Shown here in pieces: positions 1-13,009 of a stretch of DNA of 64,000 nt (within the stretch, counting starts at the first letter, position 1; each line of letters starts with the position of its first letter). Source of the stretch: Camelus ferus (Eukaryota); contig NC_045697.1 in the NCBI RefSeq assembly GCF_009834535.1, forward strand, positions 75,146,001 through 75,210,000. Direction: 5' to 3'. The translations under genes and the position numbers were made by a program. Below the pieces are notes generated by a model. That model saw only the letters and a list, made by a program, of their open reading frames with translations, had not been told where the DNA came from and did no database searches.

Positions 1-149
1 GTAAGTGATAAAATTTGGATTTGAACCCAGGCAGCCTGGATCCAGTGTCTGGATTGTTCATCATGAAGTAATACAGAAAGAGAGTAGGACCCAGGTGGGT
101 TCTGCACCAGACCTACCTCAGAGATTCACCACTTCAAATTTTATAAAGA

Positions 150-700
150 AATAAAACATCATTGGAATCAATGAAAAAATGACAGAACGTGAGAAATTAA
201 ATATCATTCTAATAAAACAAAGGAATAGCCACCTCTGAAAATTGTCTCATGTGAAATCCAGAAGACAATGTTAAGAATTTATATGAAATCATTAATGCTG
301 TATCAGGAGAGAGAAGAAAACCTGAAATCACTAAGTGGAGATAAAAGGAGAAAAGAGAAAAAACAGTAGGATGGGGTAAAAATAATGGCAGGAGATTAGA
401 AAGAATTTTAAGAAAATGTAGCTTGATACCAAATTTAAAATCCACGATATACATATACTGGTACTGTATGCAATTTAACCAATAATGTGTAAGATAAACT
501 TGTGTGAGTTTGGAAAAGAGTTGAGTTGAAAATTGATACTCCTGGAGAAGATATTAGACTAAGTAGAAAAGAAGCAATAATCAACAATACATAGTAGAGA
601 TTATTTTATGACACGGAAAAAAAATACCTGATGGATACTGAAAGAGCTCTTCATGTTCCATGGAAAATAAATTAAAATATATTTATCTTAGATTCTTAAA
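150..700 (+). mobile_element. Highly degraded old L1 (ORF1-like) remnant
   Basis: A-rich sequence with vestigial ORF1 motifs; no open frame. Confidence 0.35.
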
Positions 701-759
701 GGTAAAATATTTCTGCCTCTTTTGTGAGCTCAGATAGTTAAGTACTAAGGGGCATTATC

Positions 760-1680
760 AATTTCTCATCGATTTGCTGGAACTCATTGCTAAAAGCATA
801 TGGGCCCTGAACACAGGGCCAGAATGATGGTAGTTCCTTGACAATGTTTTCATTTTGTTTTATGGTTTGGGCAGCCTATTACTTCCTTCTTCGATGTTGA
901 TCATTTATATGTCCTAGAGAAACATAAAGGCAATCTAAATTTTCAAAGTTTACAGCTTAGTTATATATTTTATTATTTTTAAAAAAACATTCTTCCATAT
1001 TTGTGGTCATGTACCCTTTCTCATTCCTAAGGTTGTTTATGCCTGTAGTTCTGTCTTTTCATCTCACAGCTATTCCAGAGGCTTGTTATGTGTCATAGAT
1101 CTTTTCAGAGAACCAGCTTTTAAGTACAATTAGCAATTCTGCTGCATTTCTGTTTTCTTTTCTTTTAGCTTCTGCTCTTTTTATTATTTCCTCATGGGTT
1201 TCTTAAGCTTGGCTTTTGTGGGGTGGAGTGCTCTTACTAATTTCTTGCATTGAATATTTAATTTGTTCTCATTCTTTCTTGATTAATACTAAGAACATTT
1301 AAGGCTACAATTTTTTTTCCTCTTGAGCTGTATCCCTTAACTTGCAGTGCAGTTACAATATCTAACTAGTCTCAATGCAGTTGCATTGAGAAATGATATA
1401 GGACTTATTTAAGAAAGTGCTGTTAAATTTCCAAATGGGTAAATACTGTGGATGTTTGTTTTTCCTTTAACTCTTCCTGTTATTTCCTAGTTTATTGTAC
1501 TGTGGATGGAGACTGTAGCTTGTACAATTTCTGTGCCTGGAAATTTTGAAAGATATGCTTTCTGGCCTAATATATAATCAATTTTTAGGTTTCTATGGGA
1601 TTTGAAGAAGGTGTGTTTTCTTTAGGAGTCAAAATATAGGAAGCAATTAAATCAATTTTATTATTGGATTATTGATTTTC
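760..1680 (-). mobile_element. Old L1M ORF2 remnant
   Basis: T-rich with typical antisense L1 motifs (cttttcagagaaccagctttt, tggcctaatatataatcaatttt). Confidence 0.6.
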
Positions 1681-3689
1681 CTGTGTAATGGATATCCCTG
1701 GCTATAGCTGAGCAAAATTAGTTTCTAATTTTCTATTTTTTGATTTCTAGTATCTTTCTCAATCTTATTGAGCTGATCAAAGAAAGTATTCTAGACAAGC
1801 ACGTTAAAAACTCAAACATCAAATTTAAGAACTTGTGTTTCGATTTAGAATCTGTGTTGTCTTAGACAAGTCACTTAATCATCTTGTTTCCTGGTCACTA
1901 AAATGGGGTTAAAGCAGATACATGTTAGTGTAGTTATAAACACTAAACGGTATGAAATGTAGGAAATACATTTAAAATAGTTTCAACCTCGAAATAGCAG
2001 CTATCTTTATGAGGTTAATTTGCTTCCTACATTACAGCTTTGAATTTGAGGATCTTATCTTACTAAGGGAGGTGGTATTTCCTTACAAACCAGTGAGTAA
2101 CTAAACTGTTAGAAATGCATTGCAGTTCAAAAGTTAAAATGAGCATACTTGATCTTTTGATGGTTTTAAGAACTTACCTTTTTCACCTTCTACTTTATTT
2201 AACAATGGTTCATTTTTTTTTAAAAACATTGGTTGCCTACACTATGGCATTCTCCATTCTTTATACTAGAGTAGCAAATATAAATATACTGCCCTTCCAC
2301 ACCTACAAATGTCCTCTGTAACATATAGTCTATGGGAAATTAAATTCAAATCCATTTCATTTGGAGACTTTTACTATTCCTCTTGAGATAATTAGACATT
2401 CTTGGCAGTGGCAGAGGGATAGTGTTGACAGGGACATGGATTACAAAATTAAGAAAGAGATTTAGCTCTTTTGGAAATATTATGATTGCTTATTTCACGT
2501 TATTTTCCAAAAGTTTTTTCAGGACTTTTCTGTTGTTACTTATTAAGAAATGATAATCTAAGATTTTTTTTTTAATTTAATTTTGTGTGTGTGTGTGTGT
2601 ATGGAAGAATTATCATGTACTGACTGTATACACTTCTATGCCTTGTTGTTCCAGGAGAAAACAGTCACTTTGAAAATACCATTTTGGAGATGTCATTAGG
2701 AACTCCTCTGACAATCAGATTCTTAAGACTCCTTCCTCTCTTTTTCTCTGTTACCTTTGTCCCAGAATGCAGCAGTTGAGTGAAATGCTATCCAACCCTT
2801 TCTGGGAGAAATATGGTATAACATTCCTTAATTTTCAGAACTATAGGCATAGAATTTTTTAGCCCTTCTGTCCAGATATGAACTTCTACTTCACTATGCT
2901 ATTGTGATCTATTACCAGGAAGCAAGAGCCAGCTTTATAAATTTAAAAAGATTCCATTTTAACTTTGGAACTTGATATTTTAAAAGCTAAAAATGCCATC
3001 GAGTTTAAAGTAATAATCTCAATGCTTCTAAGTCTTGGTATGAAGCTTGACTTACAGAGAATGCTGACTTGTCAAATGACTTTCAAGCAAGCTTTGTATT
3101 CATTCAGTTCTCAGGTCTTAAAATCCAGCCACAAAGCATATGTGGGAATTCCTCCAAACTACTCCATGTTAAAAGAAAAATTATTTAATTCAGAGAATGT
3201 ATGCCAAAAGTAATTTACATATCTAAGGAAATTTGATCAACAAATTATAGGAGAATGAAAGCCTTTTGAAAAATCAGATGACTACTGTGATGCTCTCTGA
3301 AAGTGACACTAAACATAGCATGTCTCCCTTTTAATGAATCATAATGGAAGAAGATGACTGGGGAAAGAAGACTCAGGAAGCAGCTAAGGAACAGAGCAAT
3401 GTGGGTTCTACAGACATGATCTGCCTGAGGTTCTTAGTGACCTAAAAGCAACAGAGATCTACCTTGGGATGTTGGGGGAAGGAACATGCCCTCAGGTAGC
3501 TGCAAAATGGGCTTGCTCAACTTTTTCACTCCTGTAAGGTAGCCAGAGAGTCCTAAAGTCGTCTGGAGGGATTAGTAGCATAATTCAAAAATTCACCACC
3601 CAAAGTACTCTTCAGAAACTCTACTTAACCTCTTACAGCTATTTCCCAATTGTTTGTTGAGTTAAAAAAAAAAAAGAATACATAAACCA

Positions 3690-3935
3690 GCCTTCAAGTT
3701 TTGATTTCTGTGTGTTAAATGTATCAATGTTGGCAAGTCACATAATCTCCCTGAGGTCCAATTTCTTGATCTGTAAGGTGGACATTATGCTTTACCTCGT
3801 AGGTTTTTATGATGACCTTGTGAGGCTGTAAGTTTTTTGAGGATAGGGCCTTCTGTCCTTATTGCAGTTCTATCTCTAGCACCTAATCCAGTGCTTGTCA
3901 CAGAGTAGATGCTTAGTAAATATTTTCCAAATAAG
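3690..3935. mobile_element. MIR fragment followed by an L2 3' end
   Basis: MIR core ttggcaagtcacataatctccctgaggtccaatttcttgatctgtaa, then the L2 tail cagtgcttgtcacagagtagatgcttagtaaatatt. Confidence 0.6.
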
Positions 3936-5950
3936 AAAAATGAAAAGACAACAAATAAGCTATTTGAGCATCACTTAAAATAACTTAAAAACCTATACAA
4001 ACACTAATTGTTATCATTATAAATTCTTCAACCAGAACTAACACACAAAATCATATCATTATTCTTTTGCCATAGTTAAATTGATTTGCTGTAATTTCAT
4101 ATACAAAAAGATTCTTTTGAAATGTGGTGAAATATTTTCATGTAAATTCCAGCGATCAGTTAGTAAAGAGAAATATGATGGTTGTTAATACTCCTGATTT
4201 GAGTAGTAGTGGTGGTCAGTTGGGGTCAGGGAGATATTTTCTCTCATGACTTATATAACTAAATGTGCTACAGTGACTATCTGGTTTCCTCAGAAGAATA
4301 TGGCATTGGACTGACTCTGTTAAAGACAGATTCTTTGTTCTCAAACATACATCTCAGTGGAAGCTAACTAAAGAGATCATCTGCTGGTCACAAAAAAATG
4401 TTTTTTAGGAAGGAGCCACTTACCAGAGATTCCTGCTTCTTTAGTATAAAATCAAAACTAAAAAGTCTTGGGGTCTTTAGTTAATCATGATCTCACAGAC
4501 TAAGTAAACTATATTTTCAAAATTTAGAAATAATCTTGTTTTGTTTTCCATTTTTTCAGTATCATTTAGGAATCCTATATAGCCAAAGTCTCTTCAGCAT
4601 GAAATTAATACTTATGTACTGTTGGAAAAACTTGAAATATCTTAGTATGTTTTTCTACAATTTAATGTTTTTCATACCCTATGCATCCTTTTCATTCATT
4701 CAGTGATGTGGGTATCATCTGGTGGCCCAAATCATTCTTTTCAACTTCTACATTTTGACACGATAGTTTATCCTATGTCTTTGGTTTATTTTGTAAGAAC
4801 TCAGATACCCATTTATGTTTACTAAAGTCTTCATATTATTTGATTTTTACTTGCATCTAATAAACTGCTCACTTACCTTCTATTCATATTAACAAAATAG
4901 TTTTGAAAATTTTTATAGGCTTGTTACAAAAGACATCTAAAGGGAGAATAACTAAATTTTTTTTTTCATGTCTAAAGCTTATTTTTGTTTTAAGGAAATA
5001 AATTCAACAAAAGATCTTGGTAAACAAAGTCATTCAAATATGGAATCAACAAAAAATTAATACCTTTTCTAATAAGTATATGCGTGTGATGATGTTTGAT
5101 GTCTTCTTTTTTGTGTTCTATAACAGTAGGAGTTGTTTTTTCATACAATCAAAATAGTGCTTTATAGTCTATAGATACGTAAGGAAAATTTAATTTATTC
5201 TGCTTTAATTAATCTTTAATTCTCAGTGTTTATTCATTGTGTTCATTCAATGGTACATGAACTCACTTCATTTTTGGCAAAACTCATAGGACATAATATT
5301 TATCATCTGTTTATCCTAAAGTTTTATACTAGCATACTTCCTATTAAATTTCTGTGATTAAATATATCATACATATGGTACAAAATTAACAATTTGGAAT
5401 TAACAGGGAATTGCATTTTCTTTCTCAGCCCACATTTTTTCCACTAACTACAAGAAACAGAGTTGGATTTTATTATTTATTTATAGAAAGTCAGTAATTT
5501 TGTATCCAATTTTCATTTTTACTTGAATTTTAGTAATTTATATGTAGTTTATGGAAGGTTCCATTTCTCTCATGACAAATTATGGGAAGAAAGATAGACT
5601 TTTAACTCAGCCAAGATTATACTGAAGCTGGATATTTTCTACATCTCATGCAAATATTTTCTTAGTCTAAATATAATATTTAAAAATAATTCTATGTATT
5701 TATAGGCAATGACTGCTTTGTTTTAATTTTTGACTTTTCTGGAAATATGGGAAATAAGTAGAGACTTGCTTCCTGGGCTTGAGATGTATACCTAAGACAT
5801 ACACTAAGCATCTGACAAATTTTTCTTTTGTTAGTTAAGGTAAGTATTTAGTATTAAGAAAAGTCAAATTAGCTTTTTTTTTCCCTTGAGTTTATGGAAT
5901 ATGATTGAAGTGTGAATCAAAATGAGAAGAGAAACTTTCATGTATAAAAG

Positions 5951-6285
5951 TGTAAAAAATTAATAAACAGAAACCTCAATTAAACTGAGTCAGCAGACTA
6001 GAAGGAGGAGCTGTCACACTCTTTGGTGATAGCAGAGCCCGACAGGAAGAAAGACTCCTCTTCTTTCCTGACAAGGACTCAGCCAATGTAACTCCATGGT
6101 CTGTTTACATTTGCCCTCCCAACTTCCTTTCCCTCTATAAAAGAGTGCTCTCCATTTTTGTGGGGGACTTGCCACGTGTGGCTTGCCGTGGTTGTAGACT
6201 CTGAATTGCAGTCCTTTGTTCATCCTGAATAAACCCATGTTTTTGCTGGAAGAATAACTGGCAATCTATTTTGTTAGGTCAGCCA
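5951..6285 (+). mobile_element. Solo LTR (ERV-like)
   Basis: TG start, then CCAAT (6084), TATAAAA (6137) and AATAAA (6229) in LTR order, with a CA end. Confidence 0.65.
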
Positions 6286-7971
6286 GAGCTATATGCTTAT
6301 ACAAAATAGGAGCAGTCTTCTGGGAAATTCTTCTAAAGAAAGGGTGGGGGAAATGGACGTCAAGAAGGAAAACAGCAAGAGTTGAATTAGGTGATCATAA
6401 AAAATTTAAGAGAGAGCAATCAAGTGATCAAAGGAATAATGAAGAAGTATGAGTAGGAAAAAGACATAGAGAATAGAGTGGTGGGGAATGCAGTGGCAGT
6501 ACTAGAAATCAGGAGCCTCACAGTCCAATCTCGGCAGAAGAGCTACTGCTGGCTACCCTTGTTCCATTTACAGATTCAGCCTGTGTTCCGCTATCCCCAG
6601 AAATTAGGACGTAGTGAGATCAGAGTTATCTTTCCCCAGAGAGAAAGAACTTGAGACCAGAGAATTTAAAGAGAAAAGGGCCTCTTAGAGACTGGGCTTC
6701 CATGAGGCACTGCGTACCTGCAGATGAGTTTAACAGTTGGGCTTCTCAGAAACAAGGACCTTGTATTTATATTGATGCAGCTGGAGGCATAGATGCCTGG
6801 GGACTGAGTGGTTTTCAGGAATGGAAGGTCACACTGACAATGGGTTGGCTTGGAACTGCACTTATCTTACAGTTAATTCAGACTGTCATGGACCTATCCT
6901 ATTGGAATGAAAATGGCAGAATCAACTAATGTGAGGAAGACTCAGGGTATGCTTTAAGCTTTAGTGCTCCATGGCATAAGTCTTCAATTCCACTAGGCTT
7001 TCCACGTGTCCAAAAGCCACTTTGCGGTAACTCAGCATGCCAGAGTCTCCAGATCCACTCAAGCTTTCCTAAACTTAATAGCCAGGAGTGAGCTATTAAC
7101 TTAGGATCATAACTAAAATTAATATGGGGTATGGATAAGCAAGACTCTGGGGGAGTCATTATCTGTCTTCCAGATGCAGGGGGGTGAGGGAAGTATGGGA
7201 ATAACTGTGCATCTGAAAATATTCATATTCTTTTGGCCCCAGTCCAGATCCTGACTAATAATTTTGAAATGCTGAGGACAGAAGTTAAACAGGCATCTAG
7301 ATCCATGTCCACTGGGGAGCCCTTGATCAGCTAGCCGCGGGCCAGCAGTGAGAAAAGCTCTCAATCTTGAAGCCAGGCCAAGAAAATAAAACCCAGTGGG
7401 TCTGAACCTATTGTAGGTACTAATGGAGGGACAGAGTCCAGATGAGGATAAAGGCCAAGGTCTAAGAGGCAAAGACTGACTGAGAAGTGAGGGAATTGTT
7501 TCAGTGCAAGTTGCATAAGCTGAAGGAAGGTCCTTCTTTTTAATGGCTCAGGAACAAGGGCATAACTAGAGCCTTGTGTGTGTTTCTGATTCTCCAGCCT
7601 AAATGCTGATGAGGGAATGATAGTAAGAAGTTAAGAGGATATTAAAGCAGTTGGTCAAAATAATAGCTTGTTGGGAGCTATTCCGTTTATCAGCTTTAAA
7701 AATGCTCAGGCATTTGAAAAAGGCAATCAATATGTTATCATCTAATTATCATCTATTTGCAGTGTAAACTAAGGTCACCCTCTTGGGTTTCTTAAACATT
7801 TCCTGAATGGTCTCTATGATTACTATTTGTAGTGTATTTTCCCAAAGGGCTTTTTGTTTTTTAACTTTAATATCCGGAAAGTCATCAAGGAAAATAACAG
7901 AGTGTATTGCTTTCTGTTAGTGCTTCACCAGTTTTGCTGTTACAAAGAAGTATTTTGGGAAGGTTAAGCCA

Positions 7972-8105
7972 TAAAAAAATTGAGCTAGCTCTAACATATA
8001 AACTTAATATTAAGTAAAAAAATTGAGCTAGCTCTAACGTATAAACTTAATATTAAGTAAAAAAATTGAGCTAGCTCTAACGTATAAACTTAATATTAAG
8101 TAAAA
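7972..8105. repeat. Tandem repeat, 43-bp unit x3
   Basis: TGAGCTAGCTC recurs at 7981, 8024 and 8067; there is one substitution among the copies. Confidence 0.97.
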
Positions 8106-8254
8106 CTCATAGTGTATTTTATAGTAATATGTATACCCTGTGATATAAATATTAAATAAAGTAATAACTTTCATTGGGATGTTTACAGCCTGTCCCACAT
8201 GTATGACTTGCTTCACATATATTAATTCATTTTTTGAAATAGATACTACCATTA

Positions 8255-8375
8255 TATATAATTTACAGAGAGGAACTGAAACACAAAGAGATTAAGTAAC
8301 TTGTCCAAGGTCACAGTTTATAAGCTTCTAAGCCAGAATTCAAACCCAAGCAGTATACTCATGGGCCTATCCAAT
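8255..8375 (-). mobile_element. MIR SINE fragment
   Basis: tttacagagaggaactgaaacacaaagagattaagtaacttgtccaaggtcacag is the MIR core. Confidence 0.75.
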
Positions 8376-8744
8376 ATATTACCCTACAGCTATTACAAGG
8401 GAAAAATACACACATGCACACACGAAAATGTAAAGCTTTAACTGAGGCTCCAAATTGAGATGGAATCAGTGAAACAAAATGATGCTAGGAGGCCTGTTTG
8501 GAACGATATTTTCTCAAAAAAAAAAAAAAAAAGAACAAAAGCTTTAATATCAGTACTCCTGAAAACACTTAAATACTTGTTCACTAGAATATGGGCAACC
8601 AAACAAGGAGATAAATCTAGGAGGCACAGGATCAAGTAAAAATCAATTAAGTTAACTAGCCGTCATTCACCAACTAGATTCACCAATGTCATATCTAAAC
8701 AGCATTCTTCCTGTGGCCTCAGAAATAACTGATGCTCCTACTGA

Positions 8745-8957
8745 GGGAGTCTGGAAGCAGATCTTTCCCTAGTTGAGCCTCTGATGAGACCACAGCCCTG
8801 GCTGACAGCTGGATTGCAGCCTGGCAAGGCCCTAAATGAGAACCTAGCTAAGCAGTGCCCAGACTTGTGACCTCCAGAAACTATATGAGTAAATGTGAGT
8901 TGTTTAAAGCCACTAAGACTGTGGTAATTTGTGATATAGCCCCAGAAAACTCATACG
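8745..8957 (+). mobile_element. MaLR LTR (MLT1-type) 3' part
   Basis: ccctggctgacagc...ttgtttaaagccactaag...tggtaatttgt...agaaaactcatac. Confidence 0.75.
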
Positions 8958-8959
8958 TT

Positions 8960-9890
8960 AATCAAACTGTCAATTTATTCATTTAGTTATTTATATCAAT
9001 ATTGGTGTACGGTTTCTTATTCTTTACTGTCATTATTTATTTATTTTTTTTTTGGTGCTCATATTGTCCTAGATTTGACCAGTATGAACCTTTTGACACG
9101 TCCTTTTGACACGTACCGATCATTCTTTGGTTACCTCCTGCTTTCTGGCACAATGCCTCTTCCTCTTTGCAAATACCCTCCTAATCTCACTCGGGTTCTC
9201 AGATTAGGCCCCAAACTTTTACTGCTGCTTCCCTTCTTCTCCCCTCACCTCATGCCAGCATGGATATTCTCCTTACTCTGCTTGAAATGTGCATCCTTAA
9301 GTCAGGCTTCCCACCTCCTGCCCCCACCTTGATGTTTACCTCACCCTAATTGGTCACTGACACTCTGTGTCAGGTCATCCTTCCACAGATGCTCTTCTCA
9401 ACCTGCTTGATTTCTGGCATGCTGTGCCAGGGAACTGCTGAGCATGGATACTTCCTCATCCCCCTCAAGCTCTGACAATCTATGCCAGGCCCTCATACTT
9501 GAATCCTCTCTTCTCTGTCTTCAGGTTCTAATGTCCTGTAATGAGACTTTTCTTTGAGTGGATGATTTTCTTACAGTTTGGGCTTTGACCCCCAGCTCTG
9601 GTCATTCCTCCCATCCACATTTAGGTTCTGATACCCCTTATTAGGTCAACCCTCTGGGGGATGCCCTACTCACCCTTCTTGGACTGTGATACTCTATAAT
9701 GGGATGCTCTAAGGCATGGATATTCCCTTTATCATTCTTGGCTTTCAATGCCCAGTTGTGGCAGTCCTTCTGTGCAGAAGCCTTCTTCACCTTGTTTGGA
9801 CACCTGTACCTCCGTCTAGACCACCATCACTCATTGAGTCTCCCCACTGTAGACACCTACCTGGCTCGGCATCACCTCAGGGCTTTGAAC
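8960..9890 (-). mobile_element. Old L1 (L1MC-like) 3' region containing a degenerate ~57-bp internal array
   Basis: tgctcatattgtcctagatttgaccagt motif, followed by recurring ggatg...ctcacc...ctgac units. Confidence 0.5.
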
Positions 9891-9968
9891 TTAATTATTC
9901 AGAGAGAGGAAGGGAGAAAGGAAAGGCAAATTAAGAGTCAAGAAGGAGAATGAGAAAAGAAAGAGGAA

Positions 9969-10021
9969 AATAGATAGATAGATAGATACATACATACATA
10001 CATAGACAGACAGACAGATAG
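9969..10021. repeat. Compound tetranucleotide microsatellite (GATA/CATA/GACA)
   Basis: atagatagatagatagatacatacatacatacatagacagacagacagatag. Confidence 0.95.
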
Positions 10022-13009
10022 GTATCTTTGATTCTATTTAAATGAAATCTCAGAATAAATATCATAGGTCAGAATGTGCAGCTGATGCTTCATATTTCCA
10101 GGTCTTACAAGCTTGCTCAATTTAAATACATTTATGAAAATTTTAAAAGTTTTAATTTCTTATGGAGTTTAGTCATAATAGGACTTTTTAAGAAGAAATT
10201 TCCCTGTCAAACCAACTGTGCTAGGCACATATTAAGGTATTCAAAGAGGTTTATTTTTGTTTCTTTCAAAAGAAGCTTTCATTAATTTGGTATTGAGTTT
10301 TCTCATAAAGTATTAACCAACATTTGTTTATTTTCTATGACTTATTTGTAAGCAGTATATAGCCTTTACCTAGCAAAATACAGTGTAATTGAAAGCTAGG
10401 CCAGAGTATCATTTTTATGATGTCACTTTTCAACATTATAAATTTCCATGTACACATATTAAAATTTAACTAAAATGATAGATTTTTTGTCACTTCCACA
10501 ACATGAGAAAATATTTAATCTTCTTGAATCTTCTGACTGTATTTTCAGACATTGCCCGTATTCTAAAGTCTGTGCAAATTTCATGTAGTGGTTAAACAGT
10601 CAAAATGATAATGTTAAACAAACAATTGAAAATGTATATGTGGAAAATAAACCTGCCTTTTTCTCCTGGCCCCCAAATCATAAGAGAAAATTGCTGTTGC
10701 CAATTTCTTGGGTAATTATCCACAAATATTAAATACACTCAAAACTGATGAAATATGTCAATCCATAGACTCAAGAAATTCTCTGAGCCCAAACCTTCTT
10801 CAATATTTGCCGGTAACTCCTAGATCAGAAAATAATAATCAAGTAGCAGGTGGTATCAGCATTGAAGGACAGAAATTTGGGCAAAAAAGAATACCCAGAA
10901 AGAAAAAAAGGGTGTTCTAGTCTCCTCTTAATCACATTAAGAAGACTAGTACTTATGATGGTCAACTTGTAAGTAGGAGAATGTGGACACTTACTAAGTG
11001 AATTCTCATTCCTTTCAGTAAAATGTTTTGTACCCAATTGGCAGAACAAACAAGGCTTGCAGACTAAAACCAGTGACATACAGGTTGGTCTTTTATTGAG
11101 GAAATGGAAAAAAATAAAAAACAATTGAATTTTTTAAATTCCAAAAATATGCAGAGTGACAATTTGTGCTTTATATTAATAAATCATTGGTTGTATATAA
11201 GAACATTCTATAATATCTATGTAATAGCATTTATCATGTTGTTAAAATCATGTATATTAAAATATAAGTTTGATTTATTCATTTTAATAGAATTAGCAAA
11301 TTCCTTAGAACAGGTTGCTTAACTTATTTCAAGGCCCATTAAAATATACCATTCTTATTCTACAAAGTATGATGTGTTTGTTGAAATGTGATATACAGAC
11401 TCTATACCTTTTCAGTAAATGGTTTCAAATTAACTTAAATCTGTACACTCAGAGCAAATTGTGTTTAATAAAATCTGTTTACTAGAAGTAAAAGTATGGT
11501 AAGAATAAAGTAATGAAAAAACAGTAAAGGAGGAAATAAACAAATTGTGCAAGGGCTGGAGCGTAACGAGGTTTTTACTGGAACAAGTGGTACTGACTGT
11601 AAATTGCTTCTGGGTGGTCAAGCCACAAAGGGATGATGCAATCAACGATAAACAATATATATTATGACATAATCACTTTCTTACCACTCTTTTGTGTTCA
11701 TCTTTTTCTAAGATCTTTGTAATACATATCATATAGTGTAATTCATGGTAACTTTTATAATGGTAATATTTGCTGCAACGTAGCTTATAGAATTTTTTCG
11801 TAAGGATAAATGCTTCCTAAAAATATTTCATTTTGAAAATCGGTTTTTATTTCCAGATTATTTATGACATCTCTACATTTTTTTATGAAAGTATGAATTT
11901 TGAATGGTAAGATTTGGTTTGATTTTAATTTTTTATGCTTTTATATATATTTAACTTTTGTAAAAAGTAACACTTTTATTTGAGGATAATAATAGTATTA
12001 TTTTATCTCCTTGGTTATATTATAAATAGTATTTATCATTTATTCAGTAAATGCCAAGCAGTTGAAATATTTTCTTTATTCCTTTCAACAACCTTTTGAG
12101 GTAGATACCGTTGTTTTTTCAGAGGAAGATGAGTGTTAGAGAGATAAAAAAATCCTTGCTTACCGAGTTAGAAAGTGGTAAAGCTATAGTTAAAATCCAA
12201 ATTTGTCTGATTCCAAAACCCATGATCAGCTACTGTACTCTACTGTCATGGAAAATAAACTAATTTTTTGTTTTTAATCTCCGTAATTGTGATTATCCAC
12301 AGGCAAACTAGTAATAAGTGAATTTAAGGACTTCTTCAATAATAAAAACTATGACTGTAGGTTTTAGAAATAAGTGCTTTGCTCGATGGTTTAAATTCAC
12401 TCTACAGAACATGTGAAAGCATGTATTCCTCATGTGCTTCTCAATTTGCTTACTGGAGAGTCCAGCAACGCAAGTGAGTCCTGATTACTGCCTGGTTTTT
12501 AACTGGAGCTGGATTAGACCAGAGTTGTGTTGGATGAAATTTGCAGGGTACTATAGCAAAGTTGGAGAATATCCTAAAGCAAAGGCTTTTTATTGACTCA
12601 CTTCCATTTCTCTTCCTTAAACATGCCATTTCTAGTTTGAAATTTCAGAAAACAGTCATTAAATGAGGAGGGATGACTGGCTTCTGCCTTCCACTGTACC
12701 ATTGTATTTATTAAGTCTTTTTTCTTCCTCTGTGTTAGTGAAATGATTGCCAGTAACACTGTAGACTAATTTTCTGGCACATATTTTGAAGCAAATACTA
12801 TTCTCAAAGTTGAAAATTATAATGTTATTGGCCCTATACTGTCTATTCCCCACCACCACCACTATTACTCCATCCCTATTTCTGCTTAACTTTCTAAATG
12901 AAGTCAGATTAGAAATAAGGACTTTACAAAATATATACTGCAGTTAGAAATCAAATTTATGTAATCATCTACATCAGCAATGTCAATAAAAATATAAGCT
13001 ACATCTATA

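Noticed and set aside
1370..1391. 10-bp-stem hairpin TCTCAATGCA-GT-TGCATTGAGA
   Set aside because: Short, inside an old L1 remnant, and not convincingly beyond chance; no miRNA-like precursor.
7972..8105. Palindromic direct repeats suggestive of CRISPR
   Set aside because: Copies are contiguous with no unique spacers, there are no cas genes, and the DNA is mammalian.
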